Under the pieces are notes generated by a model. That model worked only from the letters and a program-made list of their open reading frames with translations, searched no databases and was not told the DNA's origin. The position numbers were made by a program, and so were the translations under genes. This document shows, one piece after another, positions 53,207 to 62,190 of a DNA stretch of 64,000 bases. Each line of letters begins with the position of its first letter. The first letter of the stretch is position 1. The stretch comes from an uncultured delta proteobacterium (GTDB lineage Bacteria > Myxococcota_A > Polyangia > Palsa-1104), in contig CAWAWS010000027.1 of NCBI GenBank assembly GCA_963785725.1, forward strand, positions 32,001 to 96,000. Reading direction: 5' to 3'.

Positions 53207-54333
53207 TGGAACGGATCCGAGAAGTCGGGATTGGTGAGCAGATCGTCATCCGTGAGCGCGGACAAGAAGGCCTTCAAGTCGGCGCGCTCGTCGTCGGAGA
53301 GCGTGAAGCCTTTGACGAGCGGATCGCGGTGCGGGCTCGTGCTGCCGTCGCCGGCGTAGGGCTGACCGGCGGGGATGAGGCGGCCGCCGTGCGCGTAGCT
53401 GTCGATGACGTCGTCGATCGTGGCCGCGCTGCCGTCGTGGAAATAGGGCGCCGTCTGCATGATGTTGCGCAAGGTCGGCACACGGAACTTGCCCATGTCG
53501 TTGTTGAACAGCGTGAAGCCGTAGAGCCCCGTGTTGTTGGGCGGGAAGCCGCCGGCGCCGTCGATGTTGTAGATGGCGTCGTTGCGGAAGTCGCGCGGCG
53601 CCGTCGGCGTGTTGACCGAGACGAACGCGGTCGTGAACGTGGGCGCGGCGTGGCAGTGGTAGCAGTCGAGCTTCTCGGCGAAGAAGGCGTCGCGACCGCG
53701 CACGGCCGAGTCGCTCATCGCCGTCGAGTCGCCGGCTTCGTAGCGGTCGTAGGCCGAGTTGCCGTCGATGAGCGTGCGCTCGAACGAGGCGATGGCGTAG
53801 ATGACATTCTGGATCGTGAACAGCTCGCCCTGCGCCGGGAACGCTTCGGCGAACATCTGTTGATACATGGGGTCGGCCTTGAGCCGGGCCAAGGCCGCGT
53901 CCGCCAAGTCGCCGAGACCGAGCTCGATGGGCGCGTCGCCGAACATCGGCACCAGCATCTGCTCCTCGATCGTCGTGATGAGCGGATTACCCCAGGTCAA
54001 ATAGTTGTAGTAGGCGACGTTGCCGAGCGGCATCGAGTTGCGCGCCAGCTGCGCGCCGGTCGAGCCGAGCGGCGTCGTCTTGCCGTCGGTGAACGCGAGC
54101 GACTGCACGTGGCAGGTGCCGCACGAGAACGTCTGATTGCCCGACAGGCGGTTGTCGTAAAAGAGGTAGCGGCCGAGCTTGACCTTCTCGTTCGTCATCG
54201 GGTTGTCGGCGGGCACGATCGGCGCCGGGAAGCCGACCGGCAGCTTGAAGCTGAACTGCGTGTCGGGCTGCCCTTGCGAGCAGCCGATGACACTGGAAAG
54301 CAGCGCGACACCAATGATTACGCGCGTCATCAT
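53203..54333 (-). CDS. MbnH-like diheme enzyme
   Basis: LPVGFP..VPADNPM..KVKLGRYLFYD, CGTCH, CYHCH and PYFHDGS..VIDSY; adjacent to the MbnP-like gene. Confidence 0.9.
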   Translation of the reverse strand: MMTRVIIGVALLSSVIGCSQGQPDTQFSFKLPVGFPAPIVPADNPMTNEKVKLGRYLFYDNRLSGNQTFSCGTCHVQSLAFTDGKTTPLGSTGAQLARNSMPLGNVAYYNYLTWGNPLITTIEEQMLVPMFGDAPIELGLGDLADAALARLKADPMYQQMFAEAFPAQGELFTIQNVIYAIASFERTLIDGNSAYDRYEAGDSTAMSDSAVRGRDAFFAEKLDCYHCHAAPTFTTAFVSVNTPTAPRDFRNDAIYNIDGAGGFPPNNTGLYGFTLFNNDMGKFRVPTLRNIMQTAPYFHDGSAATIDDVIDSYAHGGRLIPAGQPYAGDGSTSPHRDPLVKGFTLSDDERADLKAFLSALTDDDLLTNPDFSDPFQ

Positions 54334-55169
54334 TATTGGACCGTGAAGAAGGTTTGCGCCGGCGCGGTGCCCATGTCTTCGAACGCGAGGCCGAGCTTGC
54401 CGTACGGCGCCGGGCACTGCGGATCGCCGTCGAGCGACATGCAGCCGGAGGTGAAGGTCGTCACCTGATCGGGCTGGAGGTCGAGGTTGGAGTCGGCGAA
54501 GAGCGTCGCCAGATCGAGCGCGACCTTGGCGCTCGTCCCCGCGTACGGCAGCGTGATCGTGGCCAGGTTGGGATACTTGCAGTCGATGGTCGTCATGCTT
54601 CCGCCCGAGCAGGTCATCGCACCCAAGTGGAAGAAGTATGAAGGATTCATCGTCGTCTGCACGTCGACCTTGAGGTAGCGATAGCCGCCGAGCCAGCTCC
54701 ACCACATCGCCGGCACGTTGAGCGGCGCGGCCGCCGTGGCCGCGGCGAGGTGGTCATGATCGTTGGGGATGCCGACGGTGAACTGCACCTTCGTGTAGTC
54801 GTCGTGCTCGGCGGCGGTGCCGGTGACGGTGAAGTTCGTCTCGGGTGAGGCCGTGTTGCAGCCGCCGGTGCCGTCTTCGAAGTCGAGCAGCGCGATGTTG
54901 TCGCCCTGCCACATCTTGTCGTCGGTGAGCTCGAGCGGCACCGACTCGCCGCCGGCGCGCACGAGCGTCACGCCCGAGACGTACATGCGGAAATCCTGCG
55001 GCGACAGCGTCGATTGCGTCGTGCCGATGCCGGGATAGGACTGCGTGCAGCTGAAGGGCTGACCGCTGACCAGCGGCACGAAGTCGACGGTGTACTTGGC
55101 GCCGTTGGCACCGCCGCCACAGCCGGCAGCGACGAGCATGAGAAAGCCGAAGCTAATGTTCGCGCGCAT
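54333..55169 (-). CDS. MbnP-like copper-binding protein
   Basis: DFRMYVS, WQ...ALLDFE..C, PLN.PAMWWSWLGGY and FHLG..C motifs; GAGG RBS before 55169. Confidence 0.9.
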   Translation of the reverse strand: MRANISFGFLMLVAAGCGGGANGAKYTVDFVPLVSGQPFSCTQSYPGIGTTQSTLSPQDFRMYVSGVTLVRAGGESVPLELTDDKMWQGDNIALLDFEDGTGGCNTASPETNFTVTGTAAEHDDYTKVQFTVGIPNDHDHLAAATAAAPLNVPAMWWSWLGGYRYLKVDVQTTMNPSYFFHLGAMTCSGGSMTTIDCKYPNLATITLPYAGTSAKVALDLATLFADSNLDLQPDQVTTFTSGCMSLDGDPQCPAPYGKLGLAFEDMGTAPAQTFFTVQ

Positions 55170-55177
55170 GTTCACCT

Positions 55178-55582
55178 CTAATTGTCCGGCGCGCCGCAGA
55201 CGAGCCAGCCGAGCATGGCCTGTCGCTGCGCGGGATCGAGCGCGCCCGCATCGGGCGGCGGCATGTAACAGGAATAGACTTGGGACAGGACGTCGCCGAA
55301 GATCTTGTGCACGCCGGCGTAAGTCGTAAACGGTCGATCGAACGCCAGCCCGCCCGGTTGATGACAGGGCACGCATTTGGCCTCGAAGATCGCTTGCACG
55401 CCGCCGTCCCAGCTCGGCTCCGGCGACGGACAAGCGGCCGGCAGATCGCGCGGACAGGCGGAAACGCCCGCGTCTCCCGTCGCGCTCGCGTCCGGCCCGG
55501 GCAGCACGACGGCCTTGTCCTGCCCGCCGCAGCCGACTCCGAAGGCACCGAACGTGAACGCGAGGAGAGCCACGGCGCGCAC
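55178..55582 (-). CDS. Small monoheme cytochrome c lipoprotein
   Basis: Lipobox GVGC; VQAIFEAKCVPCH; MPP distal Met motif. Confidence 0.85.
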   Translation of the reverse strand: MRAVALLAFTFGAFGVGCGGQDKAVVLPGPDASATGDAGVSACPRDLPAACPSPEPSWDGGVQAIFEAKCVPCHQPGGLAFDRPFTTYAGVHKIFGDVLSQVYSCYMPPPDAGALDPAQRQAMLGWLVCGAPDN

Positions 55583-55585
55583 GCT

Positions 55586-56218
55586 TTACGGGACCTGAAT
55601 GTAGAAGGCGGCGTGGCCGTGCGGCGAGGTCGGCGAATCGGTGCAGTTCTCGAAGAAGTGGAAGCGCACGGTCCATTGGCCGGCGGCGTCGAACGCGACC
55701 GGACCGATCGTGTAGACGCCGGGCGCCGTCAGCGTCGAGACCGTGGCCGAGGTGTTGGCCGGATGCGTGTCGCTCAAGAAGGCCTCGATGCGCACCGTGC
55801 CCGTGTACGTGATGGGCGCCAGCGTGGTCGCGTCCTTCAAGGTGACGTCGAAGCTGACGCCCTCGTTTTCGCAGACGGGCGCGACGGTGTAGCTGACGAA
55901 GTACTTGCAGTCGTCGTCGTTGCCGCTGGTGCCGTACATCGTGGCGCCGAAGTCGCTGCCGCCACCCGAGTCGTCATCGCCGGCGTCGACGTCGCACTGC
56001 GTGGGGTCGTAGGTCAAGAATTCGCCGCCGCCGTCATCATAGCAGTGTCGATCGGCAGGGCCAGTGACGGGACCGCCGCCGTTGGCCGCCGTGCAGGTGG
56101 CAGCGGACAGGTCGGCGCCTGCCGACATGTCGGCGCCGCCCTTGTTCGAGCTGCCGCCGCAGCCGGTGACAGCGACGGAGACTAAAGCACACGCGAGTAG
56201 TCGGTCGAGGTTGGTCAT
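55586..56218 (-). CDS. Lipoprotein with a YtkA/FixH-like C-terminal Ig-type domain
   Basis: Lipobox VTGC; GVY..GPV.F..AGQWTVRFH...PHGH. Confidence 0.65.
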   Translation of the reverse strand: MTNLDRLLACALVSVAVTGCGGSSNKGGADMSAGADLSAATCTAANGGGPVTGPADRHCYDDGGGEFLTYDPTQCDVDAGDDDSGGGSDFGATMYGTSGNDDDCKYFVSYTVAPVCENEGVSFDVTLKDATTLAPITYTGTVRIEAFLSDTHPANTSATVSTLTAPGVYTIGPVAFDAAGQWTVRFHFFENCTDSPTSPHGHAAFYIQVP

Positions 56219-56253
56219 GGCCCGAGAATGCGGGAACGCGCGGCGCGTGAACA

Positions 56254-56418
56254 TGCGATCAATCTTCGCACCCGTGATTGAGACGACGTGGCAGCGGCGC
56301 GCGGATCAGTAAAACTACGAGGCGAGCTGCGAAACGAATGCACGATTCGTTACGGACAAAGCTCGCGTTCGTAGCGGCGAGCCGCGCTTGCGGCCCCCTG
56401 CGATCAATCTTCGCACCC
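56254..56418. promoter_or_regulatory. Exact 20-nt direct repeat pair, RegA-box-like
   Basis: TGCGATCAATCTTCGCACCC at 56254-56273 and 56399-56418. Confidence 0.7.
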
Positions 56419-56478
56419 CGGCATTGCGCTTGTTGGAACGACTGACGCAGCGTAGCCTTGGTCGTAAAGGTAGGGCGA

Positions 56479-57039
56479 ATGCGGTTCATGAACGAGCCAT
56501 GGCGGTTGGCAATCGTGCTCTCGGCGTTCGTCGCCGGCTGCGGCGGCGCCGACAAGCCGAGCACGTCGGGACAGATGACCGGCGCCGACATGAGCGCGCC
56601 GCCGCTCGTCGGCATGCTCTGCGTCGACGCGCGCGCCGACGATTGGCAGCTGCCGCTGACGAAGACGACGACGGGCGGCGCCTACAAAGTGACGCTCGTG
56701 TCGAGCCACGCCGGCATTCCCGTCATCGGCGACTCGACGACGACGTGGACCATCGCCATCGCCGACGCGACGACGGGCGCGCCGGTGCAAGGCGCGACGG
56801 TCGCGGTGTTGCCGTGGATGCCCGATCACGGCCACGGCACGTCGGTCAAAGCGGTCGTGACCGAATCGGCGACCACGCCCGGCCAATACGCGATGGAGCC
56901 GCTCTACTTCTTCATGGCCGGCTATTGGCAAGTGACGCTGACGATCACCGCCGACGGCGGCAATGCGACGAGCGGCGCGGCCGATGGTGGCACCGCCGAC
57001 AAAGTCGTTTTCTCGCTCTGCCTCACTGACGCCACGTAA
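56479..57039 (+). CDS. YtkA/FixH-family lipoprotein
   Basis: Lipobox VAGC; PWMPDHGHG and GQY...L.FFMAGYWQV motifs. Confidence 0.85.
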   Translation: MRFMNEPWRLAIVLSAFVAGCGGADKPSTSGQMTGADMSAPPLVGMLCVDARADDWQLPLTKTTTGGAYKVTLVSSHAGIPVIGDSTTTWTIAIADATTGAPVQGATVAVLPWMPDHGHGTSVKAVVTESATTPGQYAMEPLYFFMAGYWQVTLTITADGGNATSGAADGGTADKVVFSLCLTDAT

Positions 57040-57335
57040 TTCCGCTCAGTCACTGCGCCTCATTGGCAGTCGGCGACTGTCAATCCAACTCACACGTTCA
57101 CGCGTAACGATTGTAATGGGCCAGACGCGCGGCGACTCGACGCGTCAATGAATCGCGCATTCACGCCTCGCGCGGGCGCTCTGTCACCGCGAGTTTCCCG
57201 ACGAGAAACCGCGCTTCGGCGAGTCGCCGATTTGTTGCGCAACGTTTGACGAGGACCACACGACATTGGCGGACGACGTGGTATCTTTCAGTCCTGCGCA
57301 ACTTAAGATTTCGCGCTGATTGTCGAGTAGATTGA

Positions 57336-58313
57336 ATGAACGCTTTGCTTATTCGTGCAGTTGGAATGGTCGTGGGTGGTTTGGCACTGACGAGCTGCAC
57401 GGGCGCCGGGTTGACGGCGCCGCCGCCGCTCGATCTGTCGGCGCCGTCGCAGGTCGACGCGATGGTGACGCCGCCACCGCCGATTCGCATGCGCTTCGCC
57501 GTCATCGGCGACTTCGGCGTCGACACGCCGGACGAGAGCCGCGTCGCCAACCTCGTCAAGCAGCAGCATCCCGACTTCATCATTACAGTCGGCGACAACA
57601 ATTATCCCAACGGCGAAGCGTCGACGATCGATCAAAATATCGGACAGTATTATTCCGATTTCATCGGCGGCTATCACGGCGCGCACGGCAAAGGCAGCCC
57701 CATCAATCGCTTCTGGCCCTCGCTCGGCAATCACGACTGGTATGCGATGAACGGCAATCAGCCCTATCTCGATTACTTCACTTCACTGCCGGGTAATCGC
57801 CGTTATTACGACTTCGTGCAGGGCGACATTCACTTCTTCGCCGTCGACGCCGACGACCATGAGCCCGACGGCAACACGGCCAGCTCCGTGCAAGCGCATT
57901 GGCTGCATGACGCGATGGCGAAGTCGACGTCCTGCTTCAATGTCGTCTTCTTCCATCAGCCGGCGTTCAGCTCGGGGCCGCCGCAGTTCATCGAGCCGCA
58001 AATGAATTGGCCCTTTCACGCGTGGGGCGCCGACTTGGTGTTGAGCGGCCATCAACATCAATACGAGCGACTGCAGATCGACGGCATTCCTTATGTCATC
58101 GATGGATTGGGCGGCGCGCTCAGCCGCTTCATGTTCCCCAATCAGGCGCCGGGCTCGCTCGTGCGCTACAACGACGACTTCGGCGCGCTGCTCGTCGAGG
58201 TCACCGACGGCCAGCTCGACTTCCGCTTCCGCAACGTGCGCGACGAGATCATCGACGCCTTCACGATCAACAAGAGCTGCGCCAACAGCGACGGCGGCGC
58301 CGCCGGTCTGTAG
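57336..58313 (+). CDS. Metallophosphoesterase lipoprotein (purple acid phosphatase-like)
   Basis: GDFG, GDNNY, GNHD, FHQP and SGHQHQYER motifs. Confidence 0.9.
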   Translation: MNALLIRAVGMVVGGLALTSCTGAGLTAPPPLDLSAPSQVDAMVTPPPPIRMRFAVIGDFGVDTPDESRVANLVKQQHPDFIITVGDNNYPNGEASTIDQNIGQYYSDFIGGYHGAHGKGSPINRFWPSLGNHDWYAMNGNQPYLDYFTSLPGNRRYYDFVQGDIHFFAVDADDHEPDGNTASSVQAHWLHDAMAKSTSCFNVVFFHQPAFSSGPPQFIEPQMNWPFHAWGADLVLSGHQHQYERLQIDGIPYVIDGLGGALSRFMFPNQAPGSLVRYNDDFGALLVEVTDGQLDFRFRNVRDEIIDAFTINKSCANSDGGAAGL

Positions 58314-58320
58314 CGCGCGA

Positions 58321-58965
58321 TCAAGCCTGCGGTAGAGCGACGCCGAAGCGGAGCCCGCCGTGTTGGATGACGGCGGCGAGGCAGTCTTCGCCCGGCAGCG
58401 CCACGAAGTCGTGCGCGGTGCCGCTGGCCAGCTCGATCAGCTGGCCGGCGTGGAATTCGCGGCCGTCGTTCTGGCGCAAGCCGCCGGCGAGGACGAGCGT
58501 CGCTTCGGCGCCGAGGTGCTCGTGCGCGGGAAAGCGCGCGCCCGGCTCGAGCCGCAGAAAGCCGGTGTAGGCGCCGGCGCAGGCGGCTCCGGCGCGCGCC
58601 AAGCGGACGCGCAGGCCGGGAATCGGGCCCGGCTTCCAGGCGTCGTCGGCGGCGAGGCGGCCGAGCTGGCGCGCGCTCGCGTCGGCGTCGAGGTCGAAGA
58701 GCGCGGCCAGCGCGTCGACGTGGCGCCACAGCGGGCCCGCCTCCAACGAGCGCGTCAGGCGCTTGCGCATCGCCGGCGGCGGCGCGATCGGCGGCAGCGC
58801 GTCCGCCAAGAGCGCGCCCGCCTCGGCGACGACGACGAGCTGCGCGCGACACTCGGCGCAGCCGGCCAGATGCGCCTCGCCGCGCGCGCGTTCGGCGGGC
58901 GCGATGGCGTCGAGCGCGTGCTCCCACAGATCGGCTTCGTCGAGATGCGCGGATGCGGACGGCAT
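58321..58965 (-). CDS. ChrR-like protein (zinc anti-sigma domain + cupin)
   Basis: HLAGCAEC; LRLEPGARFPAHEH...E.TLVLAG...H motifs. Confidence 0.85.
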   Translation of the reverse strand: MPSASAHLDEADLWEHALDAIAPAERARGEAHLAGCAECRAQLVVVAEAGALLADALPPIAPPPAMRKRLTRSLEAGPLWRHVDALAALFDLDADASARQLGRLAADDAWKPGPIPGLRVRLARAGAACAGAYTGFLRLEPGARFPAHEHLGAEATLVLAGGLRQNDGREFHAGQLIELASGTAHDFVALPGEDCLAAVIQHGGLRFGVALPQA

Positions 58966-59160
58966 GACGCTGCTACGTCGATAGCTGCGCCGAAGGCGAC
59001 GCGCAAGTGGGCTGGCGCACCAAATGACGGAAAACAGTTGAACAATTGACCCGAGACGCAATTCCTATCGGTTCTTCGCGCTAGAGGTTCGCCGACGGGA
59101 AGGAAATCGGGACGGCCGCTTAGCACGACCGCGACCGGCATCGCCGCCGATCGGGGCGGC

Positions 59161-62100
59161 TCAGTCGCCGGCTTGGGCGGCGCGCGACAGGCGTAAATAG
59201 AGCGCGGGCACGATGAAGAGCGTGCCCGGCGTCGAGCAGACGAGCCCGCCGAGCACGGCGATGGCGAGCGGTCGATGCATCTCCGCGCCCGCGCCGAGGC
59301 CGAGCGCCAGCGGCACGAGCCCGACGAGCGTGCACAGCGTCGTCATCAGGATCGGCCGCAGGCGCACGGCGCCGGCCTCGACCAGCGCCGCGGCCAACGT
59401 CGCGCCCGCGGCCCGACTCTCGTCGGCGCGATGGACGAGGAGAATGCCGTTCTTGACGACGAGGCCGATGAGCAAGATGGCGCCGAGGAGCGACGAGACG
59501 TTGAGCGCCGTGCCCGTCACCCACAGCGCGACGACGCCGCCGGCGAGCGCCACCGGCGTCGCCGCCAAGATCGCGATCGGCGCCGCCAGGCCGCGAAATT
59601 GGAAGACGAGGATCAAGAGCACCAGCGCCACCGCCGACGCCAGCGCCAGGCCGAGCTGCAGAAAGGCGCGCGCCTGCGTCAGCCGCTGGCCGCCGAGCTC
59701 GACGCTGTAGCCGCGCGGCATGGGCAGCGCCGTCAGCCGCGCGGCGACGGCGTGCACGGCCGAGCCGAGGCCGGCGCCTTGCAGACGCGCGGTCACCGGC
59801 ACCATCGTGCGCAGGTTCTCGCGCATGATCTCGGCGGACGTGCAGTGATCGTCGACGCGACCGAGGCCGACGAGCGGGACGAGCGTGCCGGCGGGCGTGC
59901 GAATCCGCAGCCGCGCCAACGCCGCGTCGTCGAAGCGCGCCGAGTCGGGCCAACGCACGCGCACGGGCACGAGGCGGTCGGCCTCGGGCAGCGGCGACGC
60001 CTCGGCGCCCCGCAGCGCCGCCGCCAACTGCGTCGCCACGGCGTCGGTGGTCAGGCCGAGACGACCGGCGGCGATCGGATCGACCGTCAGCCGGCGCTCG
60101 GGCGAGCAGGCGACCTGCCCGTCGTACAAGTCGACGAGGCCGGGGACGTCGCGAATCGCCGTCGCCACGCGCAGCGCTTGCCGGCGCAGCTCGTCCTCGT
60201 CGGCACCGAAGATGCGCAGCTCGATGGGCTCGGGGCTGCCTTCGAGATCATCGAGCATGTCCTGCAGCACCTGAATCAGCTCGATGCGCACGCCCGGTGC
60301 GGCGGCGGCGGCGCGCCTGCGCACGTCGTCCATGACCTCTTCGATCGGCCGGCGCGCGCCCGATTTCAGGCGCACGATGTAGTCGCCGCGGCTGGCGTCG
60401 GTCGCCGCCGGCGGGCCCAGCTCGGCGCCGAGGCGGCGCGAGAAGCTCTCGACGTCGGGCGTGGCGGCCAAGACGGCGTCGATATGGCCTGCGAGCGCGT
60501 CGGCGACGGGCAGCGCCGTGCCGACGGGCGTGAAGAAGTCGAGCACGAACGCGCCTTCGTCCATTTCGGGGATGAACCCGCTCTCGACGCGCGTCGCGGC
60601 GAAGGCGCCGATGGCGACGACGAGGCCGGCGACGACGAGCGCGCGCCACGGCCGTTGCAGCGAGCGTGACAGCGCCGCTGCATAGCGCGTGGCCAGCTGT
60701 TGCCCGGCCGGGACGTGCGGCGCCGGGCGCAAGAGCGCGGCCGCCAGCAGCGGAATCACCGTCAGCGCGATGACGAGCGACAGCAGCACCGCGGCGCCGA
60801 GCGCGACGGCCAGCGCGGCGAAGAAGGCGCCGACGACGCCCGAGAGAAAGCCGAGCGGCGCGAAGACCACGACCGTGGTCAGCGTCGACGAGACGACCGG
60901 GCCGGCGAGCTGCGCCGTGCCCGCTTGCGCCGCCTGCCGAGGCGAGCGGCCGGCGCCGAGCTCGCGATCGATCGCCTCGACGACGACGACCGCGTCATCG
61001 ATGACGAGACCGACGGCGATCGCCAACCCGCCGAGCGACATGAGGTTGAGCGAGCCGTGCGTCAGATAGATGAGCGTGCACGCCGCCAACAGCGACGAGG
61101 GGATCGCCAAGGCGGCGATGAGCGTGGCGCGCGTCGAGCGTAGAAAGAGGAGCATCACCAGCGCCGACAGGCCGGCGCCGACGAGGATGGCGTCGCGCAC
61201 GGCGGCGGTCGCGTCGGCCACCAGCGTCGCCTGCTCGTAGACGGGCGTGAGCGTGACGCCGGTCGGCACTTGCCTGGCGAGCGCGGCCAAGGCGGCGCGC
61301 AGGCCGGCGTCGAGCGTGACGACGTCGCCGCCGACGCGGCGGGCGACGTTGACGACGGCCGACGCGCCATGCGGCGAGCGCACGAGCAGCCGCGGATCGG
61401 CAAAGCCGGGCGCGATCGTCGCCAAGTCGCCGAGACGAACCGGCGCGCGCTCGCTGCCACCGACGACGACGTCGGCCAAGCGCGCCAAGCTGCCGGCGAG
61501 GCCGGAGACGACGACGGCATAGCGACGGTAGGCATGATCGACGCGACCGACGGTGACGAGCTTGTTGTCGGCGCTCAGGCGGTCGGCGATGTCGCTGATG
61601 GTGAGGCCGGCCGCTTCGGCGCGTCCGGGATCGACTTGGACCTCGATCTCGCGCACTTCGCCGGCGGTGACGGTGATGGGGCCGACGCCGGGGACGCGCG
61701 ACAACGCCGGGCGCACTTCGTAGAGCGCCACGTCGCGCAGCTGCTCGGGCGGCACGTTGCCTTCGACGCTCACCGTCAGCACCGGGAAGGACGTGGGCGT
61801 GAGGCGCTCGGCTTGCAACGTCGTCGCCGGCGGCAAGTCGCCGCGCGTCTCGCCGAGGCGCGCCTGCACCAGCTGCAGCGCCGTCACCATGTCCGTGTCG
61901 GGCGTAAACTGCAGCGACAGCTCGACGGCCCCGCGAATCGTCCGCGAGCGCACGCGCGTCACGCCGAGCACCGGCGCCAGCGCCTCTTCCAGCGGCCGCG
62001 TCACGTTGCGCAGGACCAGCTCCGCCGTCGCGTCGGGCAGCGTGGCGACGACGATGACGCGCGGAAACGCCAGCTCGGGATAGAGCCCGCGCGGCAGGGC

Positions 62101-62190
62101 GCGATAGGCCGCGGCGCCACCGAGCACGCCCAGCGCGACCGCCAGCGCCACGCCGGCCGCGTGGCGGGCGAGCCAGCCGGACGCGTTCAT
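59161..62190 (-). CDS. RND efflux permease (CusA/CzcA-related)
   Basis: LYPELAFP, NLMSLGGLAIAVGLVIDDA, PEMDEG, KNGILL and RLRPILMT motifs. Confidence 0.92.
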   Translation of the reverse strand: MNASGWLARHAAGVALAVALGVLGGAAAYRALPRGLYPELAFPRVIVVATLPDATAELVLRNVTRPLEEALAPVLGVTRVRSRTIRGAVELSLQFTPDTDMVTALQLVQARLGETRGDLPPATTLQAERLTPTSFPVLTVSVEGNVPPEQLRDVALYEVRPALSRVPGVGPITVTAGEVREIEVQVDPGRAEAAGLTISDIADRLSADNKLVTVGRVDHAYRRYAVVVSGLAGSLARLADVVVGGSERAPVRLGDLATIAPGFADPRLLVRSPHGASAVVNVARRVGGDVVTLDAGLRAALAALARQVPTGVTLTPVYEQATLVADATAAVRDAILVGAGLSALVMLLFLRSTRATLIAALAIPSSLLAACTLIYLTHGSLNLMSLGGLAIAVGLVIDDAVVVVEAIDRELGAGRSPRQAAQAGTAQLAGPVVSSTLTTVVVFAPLGFLSGVVGAFFAALAVALGAAVLLSLVIALTVIPLLAAALLRPAPHVPAGQQLATRYAAALSRSLQRPWRALVVAGLVVAIGAFAATRVESGFIPEMDEGAFVLDFFTPVGTALPVADALAGHIDAVLAATPDVESFSRRLGAELGPPAATDASRGDYIVRLKSGARRPIEEVMDDVRRRAAAAAPGVRIELIQVLQDMLDDLEGSPEPIELRIFGADEDELRRQALRVATAIRDVPGLVDLYDGQVACSPERRLTVDPIAAGRLGLTTDAVATQLAAALRGAEASPLPEADRLVPVRVRWPDSARFDDAALARLRIRTPAGTLVPLVGLGRVDDHCTSAEIMRENLRTMVPVTARLQGAGLGSAVHAVAARLTALPMPRGYSVELGGQRLTQARAFLQLGLALASAVALVLLILVFQFRGLAAPIAILAATPVALAGGVVALWVTGTALNVSSLLGAILLIGLVVKNGILLVHRADESRAAGATLAAALVEAGAVRLRPILMTTLCTLVGLVPLALGLGAGAEMHRPLAIAVLGGLVCSTPGTLFIVPALYLRLSRAAQAGD

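Noticed and set aside
53203..55169. Methanobactin biosynthetic cluster
   Set aside because: No MbnA precursor, MbnB or MbnC is visible in the window.
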